Part shown: piece after piece, positions 1 to 12,969 of the stretch | Numbering within the stretch: position 1 is the first letter of the stretch | Layout: each line of letters begins with the position of its first letter | Source: Lama glama | Taxonomy: Eukaryota | NCBI GenBank assembly: GCA_028534125.1 | Contig: CM052817.1 | Span: forward strand, 63,304,001 to 63,368,000 | DNA length: 64,000 nt | Direction of reading: 5' to 3' | Program-made: the position numbers and the translations under genes | The notes under the pieces: generated by a model | Database searches by the model: none | What the model was told of the DNA's origin: nothing | What the model saw: only the letters and a program-made list of their open reading frames with translations

Positions 1-34
1 CTTCTTATATTTTTCCCAAGAAAAATGGGAAGTC

Positions 35-230
35 ATAACTGAGTTTTAAGGAAGAAAGTGCCATGATTGGTTTGGAGTTTCAGAAACACCATTTTACTTG
101 CAGTTTGGAGGTTAACTTTGGGAGAGACCAGATGAATATAGTAGGTCAGCTACAAGGTAGTTGTAGTGATCTACTGAGTGAAAATAGCAATTTGAGTTAA
201 ATGGTAAACTGTGGAAATGGGGAAGGATTG
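35..230 (-). mobile_element. L2 LINE fragment (ancient, degenerate)
   Basis: 'gagttttaaggaagaaagtgccatgattggtttggagtttcagaaacaccattttacttgcagtttggag' resembles the L2 3'-region consensus as recalled. Confidence 0.5.
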
Positions 231-694
231 TCAACATATTGCACACAATTTCAGAAAGACCAAACGTGATATTAATATGTCATATATGAATGCCATTTTA
301 TGCAGATATAAGAACATTTATATGCTTACTTTTCAAGTCAAGTCCATTCAAAACAGAATAAAAATCAACATGCAAGCTTGATATGAAGGTAGGTGGTTGA
401 GACAGAGAGAAGAGAGTGACAAAAGGGAATTTTGGTGCCAGGAGAGGCCATTCATCGCTGTTAGCTATAACTGTTTTTTCTTAAACATTTGTGTAAGTTT
501 TTAATTCCATACCATAATACTGGTATTGGTTTTACTGTGAAATCATTTCATTTTTTTCTCCTCAAATTTTCAGTGAAATTCTTTCTGTTGGAAGATACAC
601 CATCTTTATTCTAAGAATTCTACACTTGCTGATTACCACTTTTCCTCCTGGGCATCCATGTTCTCCTTTTTGAGAAGTCAAATCTGACCTTATG

Positions 695-845
695 CCATTT
701 GACCCTCACAGCCATTCAGTGAAAGAGCCATGCCAGGGAGAGCCATTACCATTTTAGAGATGAGAAAGCTGAGGCCTGGAGTGACCATGAGACACCCCCC
801 CCCCAAGGTAGATTGCTAGAAATGAGCAGAGGTAGAATTCTGTAA
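695..845 (-). mobile_element. MIR SINE fragment
   Basis: MIR core motif 'ccattttagagatgagaaagctgaggc' (consensus cccattttacagatgaggaaactgaggc). Confidence 0.65.
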
Positions 846-2364
846 CCATCATAAACACAATACAGTTTTTGTCTTGTCAGATCTTATTGGCAAGACTGAA
901 ACAGGTCAGAGGTTAGCTAATTTATGCCATCACAGTATTGGGAAAATTAAAATGTAATAAAACTCAATTGGCTTCAAGTGCTAAGTTCATACAGACTCTA
1001 AAATAGAAATAGGCATTGCCAGGAGAAAGCTGAAAAGGTCTATTTCAAAATGTAGTTATTATACAGAATCAATTGCAATTTTAATAGAAATCATACTTTA
1101 TCATAGGCAGGATAAGAATTACATGCTGCTACATCAAGGTAACACATAAATAGTACCATCATAACAAATAAAACAAAAGAGCACATCCTTGGAAATTATA
1201 GGGACCTTGATAATTCTTTACACAACTTTTATATTTCATTCATTCCATAAAACTCAAAAAAGCATAAGTGATGAGCGAGACATGAAAGCTTTCCTATGTC
1301 AATTGAAAATAAAAAATAAATATGGTTTTGGAAAATACCCAGACAAGAGATCACCATGGGCAAAGGAGCAGTAGGGGCAGCAAGTTTTAAAACCTGTAGT
1401 TAAAAACCTGCAAACACTACCTTTGGCTACAAAGAAAAGTCCAGTTTCTTGAGTTACAGTTGTTTATACACAGTACATATTTGCATAAAATTAACCAACA
1501 TTTTCAGGATTGTGGATTTGCTGAATTCTTAAAGCACAGAATTTTACTATGAATAATTTCCAGTAGTATGTAGATATTTAGTAGTTGATGCTCAAAATGA
1601 AAAGTGAGTACAAAGTCTCCTTTATTTCTTTTTCCAAAGTACTTTTCATATTCCATTGTTGCACATGACACCTTGGCAGGCTGTTTTCCCAACCAGAAGA
1701 AAGTAAAGCAAAATTGAGGCTTTACTAACTTCAAAATGTGTGTCACTGAAAAATTAAAATAAAAGTTGTATTATAGTTAGTGAATATATTTCCTGTAATT
1801 ATATCCTGAAACAAAGAACTAAATGGAAACCATGTCAAACATAATAAAAATGAAACAAAATATGGAAACAAAACAATAAAAGTAAAAGGCAAAACAAGAA
1901 GAGAGATAGTTGCTGCATAAAAAACAAAACTTCTATTTTTCATTGCCCAGAAAGAACCAAAAACAATGTTTAAAGTCTGGTATCCAAGTTGTCTGAATGC
2001 CAAGTTAACATTATTCAGTTTATTGCATATTCCAGGGTAAGAGAAAGCATAAGTGGAGAAAATGACCAGCCTTAAGAAATCTAAGGCATTTTATGTACTG
2101 AGGGAACTTACAAAGCTTCCCCTGTTTTTGCCATTTTGGTAGAAAATGATTACGCCATGGTCTTACTTGGTAGTATATAATTTTTTTTAGTGTAGGGCAG
2201 CAACAGGTAAATAGAAGCTACCTATCCTACCAGATAGATAGATTGCCAGAGATAGAAACTCAGACATCAGGAAATATTATCATTTTAGAATGAGTACATT
2301 CTTAACACCACTCAAAATAAATATCAAAGGTAGGGTATAATGAGGACGGTCTTGATGACTGGGT

Positions 2365-2600
2365 AGGCAAGAGTGTGGTCTTTGGAGCTGGACTGGCTAG
2401 AATCAAATCCCAGGCTTGTCTTTTAATAGTTACATGATCTTAAGTGAATTAATTTTTTAACGTCTCAATTTCTTCATCTATAGAATGAGGTCAATAATAG
2501 TAACTACCTTCTTTAATTATTGTGAGGAATAACTGAGTAAAGAGAAACCCTCCAAATAGTGTCTAATGTATTTTAAGAAGTACAAAAGTGTTTGCTATTG
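2365..2600 (+). mobile_element. MIR SINE
   Basis: 'tttggagctggactggctagaatcaaatcccaggc...gtctcaatttcttcatctatagaatgagg...ttgtgaggaataactgag' follows the MIR consensus in order. Confidence 0.75.
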
Positions 2601-3159
2601 TGTCATAGTAAACAAACAAACCAAAAATTCCCCCACAGTTATCAGTAAGTAGACACACATTGTGATTATTTTGTGTGAATCCCTGTGTTTGTGATTTCTG
2701 GCTCATTAATTTACCTGTTGCTTAAAATACTTCTACAAAGTACATATTAAGTTATTCATGTGTTAATAATGAAAAGGGCATAGATGTCACATTTTTTTGT
2801 GGAGACTTTAATGATTTTCTATGACCGGGTTTGTTGCTTTTCCTGTGAGTCTCTGTAGTATGCCATACTGCTCTCCATAGTTTCAGTTGCCAAGCAGCAC
2901 TGTAATTGCCTATTTTCATTGTCTTCCACACCATACTATAAATTCTGTGAAGGCAGAGTCTGTGTTTTCTCCAACTCATATATCTTGAGTGTTTGGCATA
3001 GTGTCTATCTTTAGTAGTGACCCATAATCATTTGTTAAGCATTCTATGTAATTCTCTGGAACAGACTCTAGATTGAGTGGCCCAAAACTCATTTTTAATC
3101 ATCCTTTTCCTCGTTTCCTTTGTTATAGATACTATAAACTTACAGATATGGTACATGTA

Positions 3160-3935
3160 ACTCTGAAAGACCCTGTCACTTGTCCAGCCTCTCTTGTAGC
3201 TAAGACCATGTGACGCAGTTCTGGCCAATGAGCTATACATGAATCAGCATGAGAGAGGGGTGGTGGTATTGGAAGCTTTTGTTTTTCTTCTAAAAGGGAG
3301 ATGAGGGTAACAGGTCCCATTACTTTCTGTTTTCATAGTAAACATGAGTTGTAGAGCTGTGCCAATCATCTTAAGACCTCAAAATGATAACCACAGTAGT
3401 ACAGACTAAAATTGTGTCCCCCCACTAAAATTCATATGTCTTACCGTCCAGTACCTAAGAATGTGACTATATTTGGAGACGGAATCTTTACAGAGGTAGT
3501 TAAAATGAAGTTATTGGGGTTGGCCCCAATTCAGTCTGACTGGTGCCCTTATAAGAGGAGATTGGGAAACACACAGGCACAGAGGGAAGACCATATGAAG
3601 ACACAGGGAGAAGAGGACCCATCTACAGTCCAAGGAGAGAGGCCTCAGAATGAAACCAACTCTGCTGACATCTTGACCTTAGACTTACAGTCTCCAGAAC
3701 TATGAGAGAGTGAATTTTTGTTTTAAGCCAGCTAGTTTGTTGTCCTTTGTTATGGCAGTCCTAGCAAATTAATAAACACATGGATCCAAGCCAACATATA
3801 AGAATAACACAGCAGGAGACTTAAACGGCCTGGGTAGGTAAACCAATACCACTAAGTGCCTAACTCCAGATTTATGTGAGATAAGTAACGCCTACTTGTT
3901 TGAGCCATTTTAAGTTACAATTTCTGCTAACTTCA
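3160..3935 (+). mobile_element. Older MaLR LTR (MLT1J-like), split by a younger MLT1 LTR at about 3395-3776
   Basis: 'ccatgtgacgcagttctggccaatgag' in the 5' part; 'actccagatttatgtgagataagtaacgcctacttgtttgagccatt' in the 3' part. Confidence 0.6.
3395..3776 (+). mobile_element. MaLR solo LTR, MLT1A/MLT1B-like
   Basis: 'gtgtccccccactaaaattcatatg...aatgtgactatatttggagac...ggagagaggcctcagaatgaaaccaactctgctgacatcttgaccttagacttacagtctccagaactatgaga...gttatggcagtcctagcaaattaata'; explains ORF 3412-3705. Confidence 0.85.
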
Positions 3936-6099
3936 ATTGCTGCCTAGAACACTCTCCATTTTTCTTTGATTCCCAAATGAGTTTGACTTGATTCAGAGTT
4001 TTTTCTATTACCAAAACCTGAATCAATATGCTTACCTGTTTTCCAGATCAAAGAAACAAGCCAGATTTGAGTCAGAAAATTCAAATGACAGCTGCAAAAC
4101 CAGCAAAAGGACAATGATTAATTTAACATAAAATTCATCTTTTTTTTCTTTTTTTTTGGAATGAGTCTGTTAACAACTGACATTCTCTCTGGGAATGTGA
4201 TTAAATGGGAGCTTATCTGTAAATATCCCAATATTTCAACATTTCTTATAGCTTTTAATAAAGAATATATGTCGGGTTGTTTAAAAAAAAACAATCTAAG
4301 CAAGGATTTTCATAGATGTACATGAAAATTATAAGTGGCAGAGGAAAAAAAGAAACTCTAACAGGGTGAAAGTATAATAAAGATCAAGAAAAAATTGAAG
4401 TTAGAATGGTGATCAAAAAAACCCAAATATACCTAAATTCTGTTATTTAGTACTAAAATATTTATTAATGGTACTGTTTTTGCAATCCAGGGATTTTTAT
4501 CACCTTATCACCCCAAATAATTGAGTTTTATTGTTTTCAGACAGATGGGAAATCCAACACCAAATTTCCTTCTGAAGGTCTTCTCTTTACAACCATCATT
4601 GGTGCTATTTTAATATGCCTAAATCCCTTAGCAAATACTTCCTAAGGCAAACCTTAGTGTATACACTGTATTGAGATAGGCAGTGCAATCACAGGGAAAC
4701 GAGAGTAAGTGTAAAGGAAAGTGAGGCAGTGAAGAAGGGCAAGCAAGATTAAAGTTGCATGTTTCTGAACTGTCCCAGCATCCCAGGAAATATAGTCAGC
4801 AGCTTAGTTTTGTGGAATATCTGCAGAGAGACCATATGATACCACCATCTCAAAACTCTCAGGATAGAAAGGGAAAGCAATCTCTCACTGTACATTTCCC
4901 AGTCTATCTTTCTTTGGTCAAAGATCATCTCATGTGGTATTTCCTCTCCACTCTTCTTCATTTTGCCAATTGGCCCCTTTGGATAGCTGCTGAGGAACCT
5001 GGCCCTTCCATGAGTCCAGTTGGGTCACACTGAAGAGCCAGAGCTGCTTCATCTCAGACCATGAGGGCACAATAGAGTTCTTGCTGAAGCTTGCTCTCAA
5101 TCATGGGGTGTTAGAACAATTTGAAATGTTGAAGATGAGGTAAATGCAGTGGTGAACAGAGCTTGGCTGTGAGCCTATGGAAAGAGTGAAAGCCATCATT
5201 GGGCTTACTTTGTATCGGAAGCAGGACAAATTTTCAACTCCCCAACCCAGGGTTGGAGTGGAGCTGAGAGATTGGAAGGCTCATAAACTGGCCTGAATAC
5301 AATTCAATTTTCAGTTATTTACTTGTCCGTGAGCTTACACTTTCCTTTTTGGCTAATTGTGCAACATTATCACAGTAACAGATTTACTTGCTTGAGGACA
5401 GACTCATAATCTATGTATGTACTGTCATTCTTGCTATGTACATGTATGAAGTTAACATGAGTTTTAATAGTTGCTTTAATTTCATCATAACCTTATGCTT
5501 CAGAACTTACTTTTGAACCGTTTGTAAAGTAATCATTAAATTCTTTCACTTTTCCCTCTTTTGGTTGTATCCTTTGATGTTAGAAATGTAAGTAGAAGGA
5601 CACACCCTAGCAGAAGTAGAAGGGCCCTTGTATGAGCAGCATATGCTCTTCCTACAGCTCCACTGGTCATCTTGTACATGTGGGACAGGTAGCCTAGGAA
5701 AGAAATGAATTTTTATTATGTTAAGCTGCAAAGGTTCAGGGATATTGTACTACTGAAACATAACTTAATTAGAGTCCTAAAAGGAAGCCCCTTCAGACTA
5801 GATGATTGAGGACATTTATATGAATTGTCATACAAACTACAAGAAGTACAAAAGCTTGACAATAACTGTAGTCTTCAGTAGAAGAATCCAGTGAACCTGT
5901 AGTGATCTGAAGAGGGAGATTCCAGGAGAGGAAGCAACCTACTTTCCTTTTACCCTCCAATCTCTTTCCATTGATTTCTATTGATGAACACTCTTGGAAG
6001 CTGGAAGACAAAAGAATCCATCAATGCAGATAATAACATCAACCTCTGCACTCTACCCAACCCCCAACCATGGCATAAAGTAGTGAAGAGGAGTATGAA

Positions 6100-6700
6100 C
6101 TATAGCTCTAGTGTGGTAAATGAAAATATGCTATCCTGATTGATGCAGAAATTGATACTGGTTGCTTCTGTGACAACAAAGCAAAAATGTCTGTGATTAA
6201 TGTAAAGGCTAGGTAACAAGTAGGGTGATAACTGATATAGGAGCCTAAAGGATGGTATAAGTAATATTATACAGGATCAAAGCATTTGGTAACCTTTCCA
6301 CCTTTGCTTGGATGTCAGCTCTTATACCTTGTATCCTAGAGGTGATGGGAAAATTGAATGTTAATGGTATGGAGTTGTTGCTGCTGATTTTATTTGGCAA
6401 GGTATCAAAGGAAAGAGATGAGTTCAGGAAAACAGATTTCAAAAGACGTAGAAATAGTCCACAAATTCTGGGACTTAGTTTAGAAGAAAAACTACTTTTC
6501 AACTCCAAACTGTGAAAAATAAAATGGAGAAATGCTTTGCATGAAAAAGGCCGATTAAAATTCAGAATCCTGGCAAGCATCAAATCAAAGTCATAGCCAT
6601 TAAACTCATTATTAAAACCTCTGAATGGTTTATAGCAACACATAGGAAAAAAATCCTTTCAATTTGTCAAAATCTCTCCAGGAAAATGATTAAGTGTTTA
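6100..6700 (+). mobile_element. MaLR LTR 3' remnant plus MLT1 internal sequence
   Basis: LTR end 'atcctgattgatgca' (to 6147) directly followed by the internal start 'gaaattgatactgg'; later 'tttggcaaggtatcaaaggaaagagatgagttcaggaaa' resembles MLT1-int. Confidence 0.6.
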
Positions 6701-6759
6701 AATTTCCTACCAAAACCTGATGAGACAATGGTACCTGCAGTTAAGTCAAGAGAGCGATT

Positions 6760-7053
6760 CATGGGGCCTTAGTCAATAAAATGTGAGCAGATGAGATAAC
6801 ATCCATTCTGGGAAGACCTTTTAGAGACAAAGCATATCTTGCCAGGTTCTCTTCCCTCTGCCATGGCTGTCTAAGAAACAGGAATCAGGATGAAGCCTCT
6901 GAAAGCCTTTGGCCTTGGTGGCCATAGTGAGAAGAGCACCCTGCTGGTCTTTTAGATATGAAACAAGAGTAAGAGACAACATTTGGTTCCAGTAAGCCAC
7001 TGTGGTTGATTTTGTGGTTATTTATTATCATCTAACATATGTCCAATAATACA
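6760..7053 (+). mobile_element. MaLR LTR (MLT1H/I-like), partial
   Basis: 'gtcaataaaatgtgagcaga...ttccctctgccatgg...gtaagccactgtgg...aataataca'. Confidence 0.6.
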
Positions 7054-7474
7054 AGCTAATAATAAACTTTTGGAATGGAAGATATTATGCAATACAGTAG
7101 TAATGATGGAAATGCAAACTGAACAAGTGAAACCACAGCAGGCAAATACACAAATATGAAAGCCATGAATAACCGCAGCCACAGTAAACTGACTGGTACA
7201 ACCCGTTTAGGCTCATTTATATCCTTTCAGAGCATAATGGTTAGTTAGAGAAAAAGAGAATTACTGTAATGATCATGAAGAATTTTACATTTCAATTTTG
7301 TAAGATATATATGAATAAACTGGGATTTTTTTCCATTGAAAATTACCTATCATCTCATGCAATTTTAAATAACTTTCAGTGACACTGTTATGATCTGTTC
7401 AGAAAATAATGAAGACCCAAGCATAGAGAACAAGGGTTTATGAGGGTGATATGGATGTTCTGATTGGTCTAAGT

Positions 7475-8280
7475 GTGACGTCTGGAATTTCAGGGAGAAA
7501 TTACATGGTATAGTGTAAAATATATATTTGGCTTTGTTCCTGGTTCTTGGCATAGAACTCCTAAAATCTTTGGAATTGCCTAAGTGATAGGTATCTTTTG
7601 TTATTCATAAGGCGTCCCTTTGTATCTACCCTGAGTTTATGCTAAATATGACGCATAGTAAGCACCTAGACAGCTTCAGGATGAGGATTGTAACCAACTG
7701 CAAGATTGGAGGATTGGAACTTTGATCCCCCAAACCTCCTGGAAGTGGGGATGGAGATTAAGGGCAATCACCAGAGGCCTATGATCTAATCAGTCATACC
7801 TGTGTAACAAAATCTTGACTAGAAACTCTGAATGCCAAGGTTTCTGGGGGCTTCTAGGTTGGTGAATACATTGGGGTTCTGAGGAAATCCTAGAAAAGGC
7901 ATGGAAGCTCTGTGTCACCCTACACTATGCCTCTACCCCTGCAAATTTTTGCCCTGTGCATCTCTTCTGTTTGGCTGTTCCTGAGCTTGTATCTTTTATA
8001 ATAAAATTGTAACCATAAGCATAATGCTTCCCTGCATTCTGTGAGTTGTTCTAGTGAATTATCAAATCTGAGGGGGAGGTTGAGGGTACTTCTGAATTTA
8101 TAACTGACCAGGTAGATGTTTGGACTACCCAAGAGTCCCTGTTATGTCAGTTCCCCCAGTCTTTTAGGGCTGAGTCCTTAACCTATGGAATCTGGGCTAA
8201 CTCAGATTAGTTAATGTCAAAATTGAGTTGAATTATTAAACAACGAGTTGAGTGTTGGAAAACTGTTAGAAAGAGATTTA
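7475..8280 (+). mobile_element. MER21-like LTR
   Basis: 'tatatttggctttgttcctggttcttggcatagaactcctaaaatctttggaatt', 'catctcttctgtttggctgttcctgagcttgtatcttttataataaa', 'ttctgtgagttgttctagtgaattatcaaatctgagggggagg', 'gttaatgtcaaaattgagttgaattattaaacaac' are MER21 hallmarks. Confidence 0.85.
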
Positions 8281-9269
8281 TCTCTAGACTCAGAAAACAG
8301 CAAGCCAAGTTTAGTCTTGATCTTCCCTGAAACCAAAGTACACTAGGCAGTACCTGGGGTTGGATCTCTAAATGGGGACAGAGCAGCTGTGAGAAAATGT
8401 ACCATACATCTGATAGGAAAATTATAATCTGATTGGAGTATAGAAAAGCATCCTTGTTCAGAGGCTGTGAAGTCTGTGAAGCAGATCAAATTTCCACACA
8501 AGGATAAAGCTGGAAAAGAATTACCAAAAGTAGCAATGAGTGTTTGCTGCTTCTGTTTTTCATAATTTTGTCTAATATTCATATTTAAATTTTCTTAAGT
8601 CCTTTTATCCCTATAGATGTGCCATTACCTTTGACCACTTTTTGTTTTGTGGCTCTTCCTTTTAGATGCAACTGTTTCCATGATGATTTAACCCTTGGTT
8701 TCTTTTCAAGTATATCTCAGGGTATTAGTTTTGCCCTCCTCCGTAGCTTGCTCTCAGTTTCTACCTTTTCCAGTTGAGCATCTGTTTGTGCCTATAGTCA
8801 TACCCTTCAGTCTTACAATCCAGGCCAGAATGTCTTCAGGCCATTCTCTTAGTTGAGAAATAATCAGTATATGCTTTAAAGAACAGTAGTATCAGAATGA
8901 TGGAAGTTCAGGAAAGCTTCAGGCACTTAGAGATACCAAAAAAGTTCAATATGTCAAGCAGAGCACAACACTATGAAATCCCATATAGACTATTCATTGT
9001 AAGTAAAATATCTATCTATAGTTAACAAACCTCTCCTTCCAGCTCTCTAGGGATTGGAGATGACAGAAAGCAGGATATAGTCCCACAAAAGAATAAAGGA
9101 ATGGAATGAGCTAAGAGAACATACTTAAATCCTTAATGGGAATGTGAGTATTAATGAGGACGTCATTCAGTACTACTGGGAAGAATCTGTAAGCCCCATC
9201 AGGCACTCTTTCTGACCTGCAGCTACCAGGTAACTCCTTTGGCTGCCGAATTCCATAAAGAAAAAAATG

Positions 9270-9650
9270 CATCCCATTTTCATTTCAAAGTTACAAAAAA
9301 CCCTATTAAAACTGACTAAAGGAAAAAGGGTAATTTATTGTCTTACATAACTAAAAAGTCCAGGAAAAGATCTGATCAGCTGTTGCTTAATACAAAGAGC
9401 TAATGGCTGTTTAGACCAGGTCTGTTGTCATTTGTTCACTGTTCTTTCACCCATTTTGGCTAATTAGAAACTCCTCTTAGTAGCCAGGTGACTACCACCA
9501 GTGCCATGGCTATATTGTTCTGGAGTTAAGTTCAGTATGAAACAATATGGTCTTCTATTTCAAAAGTCAGACTAACATCTCAGTATCTCTGTAGGTTTTA
9601 TCCCTTCTGTGAACTGATCAGTGTAGCCAAGGGTAAAGTGGTATGTTTAA
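9270..9650 (-). mobile_element. Old MaLR LTR (MLT1J/K/L-like)
   Basis: 'aaaccctattaaaactgactaaaggaaaaagggtaatttattgtcttacataactaaaaagtccagg' resembles the reverse-complemented MLT1 3' end. Confidence 0.55.
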
Positions 9651-10334
9651 ATATTCTGGCACATCTGATAGACAAAAAAATTAGAGCCACTGGCCCCATT
9701 TTATGACTATTACAGTAGCCTCCTCTGTCTTTGAGCATTACTCAGAAGGGCAAAAGACACACACAAAAAAATGAAAACATTTTTCCTTCCAGTGCTAGAT
9801 AGGATATATAGTATAGTTCATAAGCATTCTACAATGGTATATGAAAGTTAATAGTATTTTAGTCTACCCAAAAGGGGCTGAGCTATAGACCAACACGTGT
9901 GGATAATAAAGTTGAAAGAAAAATATCAGAACTTAGAAGCTCAACTTCCCTCTTTAGCCCAATATAGTTAACAGAGTTCAGGATGCAGTCTTGCCTGCAT
10001 TTATGCCAGAGAGCCCAGTACCTAGGCCAGGTGCATAACATCTACAATGCAATGCACAGTATGACTGTTAAGGGATAGTACACATTACAGATATTGCTGA
10101 ACAAACTTCTCATCTTCACTCTCAATCTCCCTGAGCTTATGCAGCTTGGGCCAGTATCTTCCTGAATTTATTGATACAGAGCTATAATAAAGTTCAGTTA
10201 TCCAGATGTCTCTGAGAGTCAGGTTAACAAGTTCTTGAACTAGTTTTAGAGTCCATTTTTCCCTCTCCATCTGACAGAGAGACATAACTAGAAGGATCAG
10301 ATCTACTTGGAGATAGTGTTGGGGAAAGGAGAAA

Positions 10335-10560
10335 TAACTAATACCTGTTAAGTCCTTACCACGTGCGAAGCTTTTATTCTTTATCTATTTTACATAAATT
10401 TTCTCTTCCAATTCTTCCAACAGACTGAAAAAATATTATTGCATCTTTTATTTTTCCAACTGAGGAAAACTAAGGCTCAGAGAACTCAAGTAACACCTAA
10501 AATTATACAGCACACAATAATGTTTCAGCTTAATCTCAGGGCATTCGGTCTCCAAATATT
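10335..10560 (-). mobile_element. MIR SINE
   Basis: 'tttatttttccaactgaggaaaactaaggctcagagaactcaagtaac'. Confidence 0.65.
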
Positions 10561-10679
10561 ATTCTCTTCCTTCCTACCCCATCTTTCTTTTACTCCCTTC
10601 CTTCTATTTTCTATCGTTATTTTTCATATATATTCATTTTAGGATTTTAAAAATAAAAACGCAAACATTTCAATGCAGC

Positions 10680-10882
10680 AGGAAAAATTCCTTCCTCTTC
10701 CTTTTGTTCTATTTAGGTCGTCAGTGGATTGGATGGTGCCACTCACATTGGGGAGGGCAATCTGTTTTGCTGAGTCTACCCATTCAAATGCTAATCTCAT
10801 CTAGAAACAGAGCCCTCAGAAATAATGTTTAATCTGGGCACTCTGTGACCAGTGAGGTTGACATGCAAAATTAACCATCCCA
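10680..10882 (-). mobile_element. ERVL LTR fragment (MLT2-like, 5' end)
   Basis: 'gattggatggtgccactcacattggggagggcaatctg...ttcaaatgctaatctcatctagaaac...gttgacatgcaaaattaaccatccca'; homologous to 27080-27298 in this window. Confidence 0.8.
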
Positions 10883-11643
10883 GCTACCTTACAAAATCCT
10901 CAGAAATACTACTTAACCAAGTAGTTTTAGAGCAGGGAGGCAGAGCTAAGCTCTGGCTACAATAACAGTGTGGGTGACACAGGTTATGCTGTCACCATCA
11001 GACACTCTCCAAATGCCAGTCAAATCTAGAACCAGCCAATTCAGCAGCTAAAAAGTCCTGATTGTCCTTGCATTTTTGTATAATGATCACAGATTCTTAA
11101 GTTCTGGATAGGAATACTTAATTGTCTACACCAAGGGCTCAAATCCACTTTATAGCTCTCTGGAGTAGGAGATAAAATGTTTATTTCATTTTACTTTTGT
11201 AGTGGGAGGTGAGATAATATTTCCTACCTATATTGAAATTTCCTCCAAATAAAAAGTATATGCAGATGGCAAATGGCCAAAATCATAAATGAACACTATA
11301 ATCTAGTTGGAATTTTTTGCACTCAGTTAGGTATAGGTAATTTTCATATTGATGTCAACCCACATACTCTGTAGATTTAGGATGTGTGGGTTCACCATAT
11401 CTCAAAGATGGAATCCTAAGGAATATTTGTTCCATGACAGCCTTAATGACTAGTCTATACCTTGCAGAAAATTCAAGTTAGCAAGTTATGTACTCTGTCC
11501 ATGCTTGGCTTCAAGAAGAGGTATATTCAGCAGGTCAGTGACTGTGGCTCCAGAAACACTGAGAGAAAACAGCCTCTTTGGTTGTTGTCAGACTTAAAAG
11601 TAGGTAAGCAGCAAGCAGCACAATAGATGTGTTTCCTTTTTTT

Positions 11644-11656
11644 GTGTATGTGTGTA

Positions 11657-11706
<50 letters not shown>
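11644..11706. repeat. (TG)/(TA)n microsatellite derived from an L1 tail
   Basis: Directly visible tgtgtatgtgtgtatatatg...(ta)n, abutting the L1 3' end. Confidence 0.95.
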
Positions 11707-11709
<3 letters not shown>

Positions 11710-11915
11710 GAAGTATAATCAGTTTACAATGGTGTGTCAGTTTCTGGTGTACAGCATAATGCTTCAGTCATACATGAACAGAAGTATATTCATTTTCATA
11801 TCTTTTTCACCATAAGTTACTGTAAGATATTGGCTATAGTTCCCTGTGCTATAATACAGTGTGAACTTCTTGTTTATCTCTTTTATATACGTATTAGTTA
11901 GTATGTGCAAATCTC
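11707..11915 (-). mobile_element. LINE-1 3' UTR fragment (cetartiodactyl type)
   Basis: 'aattgaagtataatcagtttacaatggtgtgtcagtttctggtgtacagcataat...agttccctgtgctata'; collinear with 28545-28735. Confidence 0.9.
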
Positions 11916-12796
11916 ATATTTTCTGCCAATGTAATAGTAATCTGTAGAAATTTATAAAAATCAGAAATGTTTACAGAAGAAACACCCAAAATCCAGTGAG
12001 GTTCACTATGCAACTTCATTATGTCTCCCCATGTCTTCTCTGTTTTTGTGTTTATTTTTATGGTCATATTACAGATATTTAATGATTTGGGTATATATTT
12101 AGCAAGTAAATATATCTTAAACAGTTTTCCTTTATTCTATGTATTCTTCTAAGAACAGAGGTTTACTCTACTATTTCATAGATGTATCTTAGCCTTTAAC
12201 CAAACCTTATTGTTGGATACTTAGATTCTTACCACTATTTTGGTACCTCTGACTGACATGTTTTGTTAAGTTATCTGCCCAGAATATAATGATTTGTTTA
12301 TCATAGGGAACATCTCTTCCTCACACCTAATTACTCATTATCTTATTTTGGTTGTAGTGTCCTGTCTTTGTAAAACATATGTTCAATATTTTCGTAAATG
12401 AATTCATAGGTAGTTGGGGTAGGGACTATGTAACCATGTTTTATTTCATGGCCCTGTCTTGCTGGGCATAGCTTATTGAACAGAGTTTGGGCACTTAGTT
12501 CAAGCTAAGCCAGGAGAATTTCTTCCTGGAAATTTGGAATTGAGGCCAAGTGAATGTAGTCTCAGACTTGGCTGGTTTCTGAACAAAGATGTAAAGATAT
12601 GGGCTTTATGATGCAATTATCTTCCACCTGGTAGACTACAGATATAGCAGGCAATCTGCGGAGAACCATGAAGTAGAAATGGTAAATTAAAAAGGTAAGA
12701 AAAGATGGAGAAAGTACTAAAGATGAGTGCCCTGATGCTTTTTAAAACAGTTATTATTACACTTATAAAACTTTTAAAATGTGCTCTCTTCATTAG

Positions 12797-12969
12797 CAGT
12801 GGTTCTCAATTTTTAATGTGCTTCAGAATTACCAAGGATGTCTGTTAAATATTTCGATGCTTTTGTCCACACTGAAAGATTTTGACCCAGTGTGTTTGGA
12901 CTGGGCCCGAGAATTTACGTATTTATTGCACATTCCAGTTCATCGTAGTGCATGGTATGAGAAGCACTG
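12797..12969. mobile_element. MER5-like hAT-Charlie MITE
   Basis: Terminal inverted repeats 'cagtggttctca' and 'tgagaagcactg'; ~170 bp with a MER5-like interior. Confidence 0.75.

Noticed and set aside
890..2010. A-rich region that may be very old L1 ORF2
   Set aside because: Too degenerate to assign a family or boundaries by eye.
4640..5130. Possible old ERVL LTR (LTR16/LTR33-like)
   Set aside because: Only a vague resemblance; no termini or TSD identified.
6245..6643. 132-aa minus-strand ORF
   Set aside because: Antisense to MaLR internal-like sequence, with no recognisable domain.
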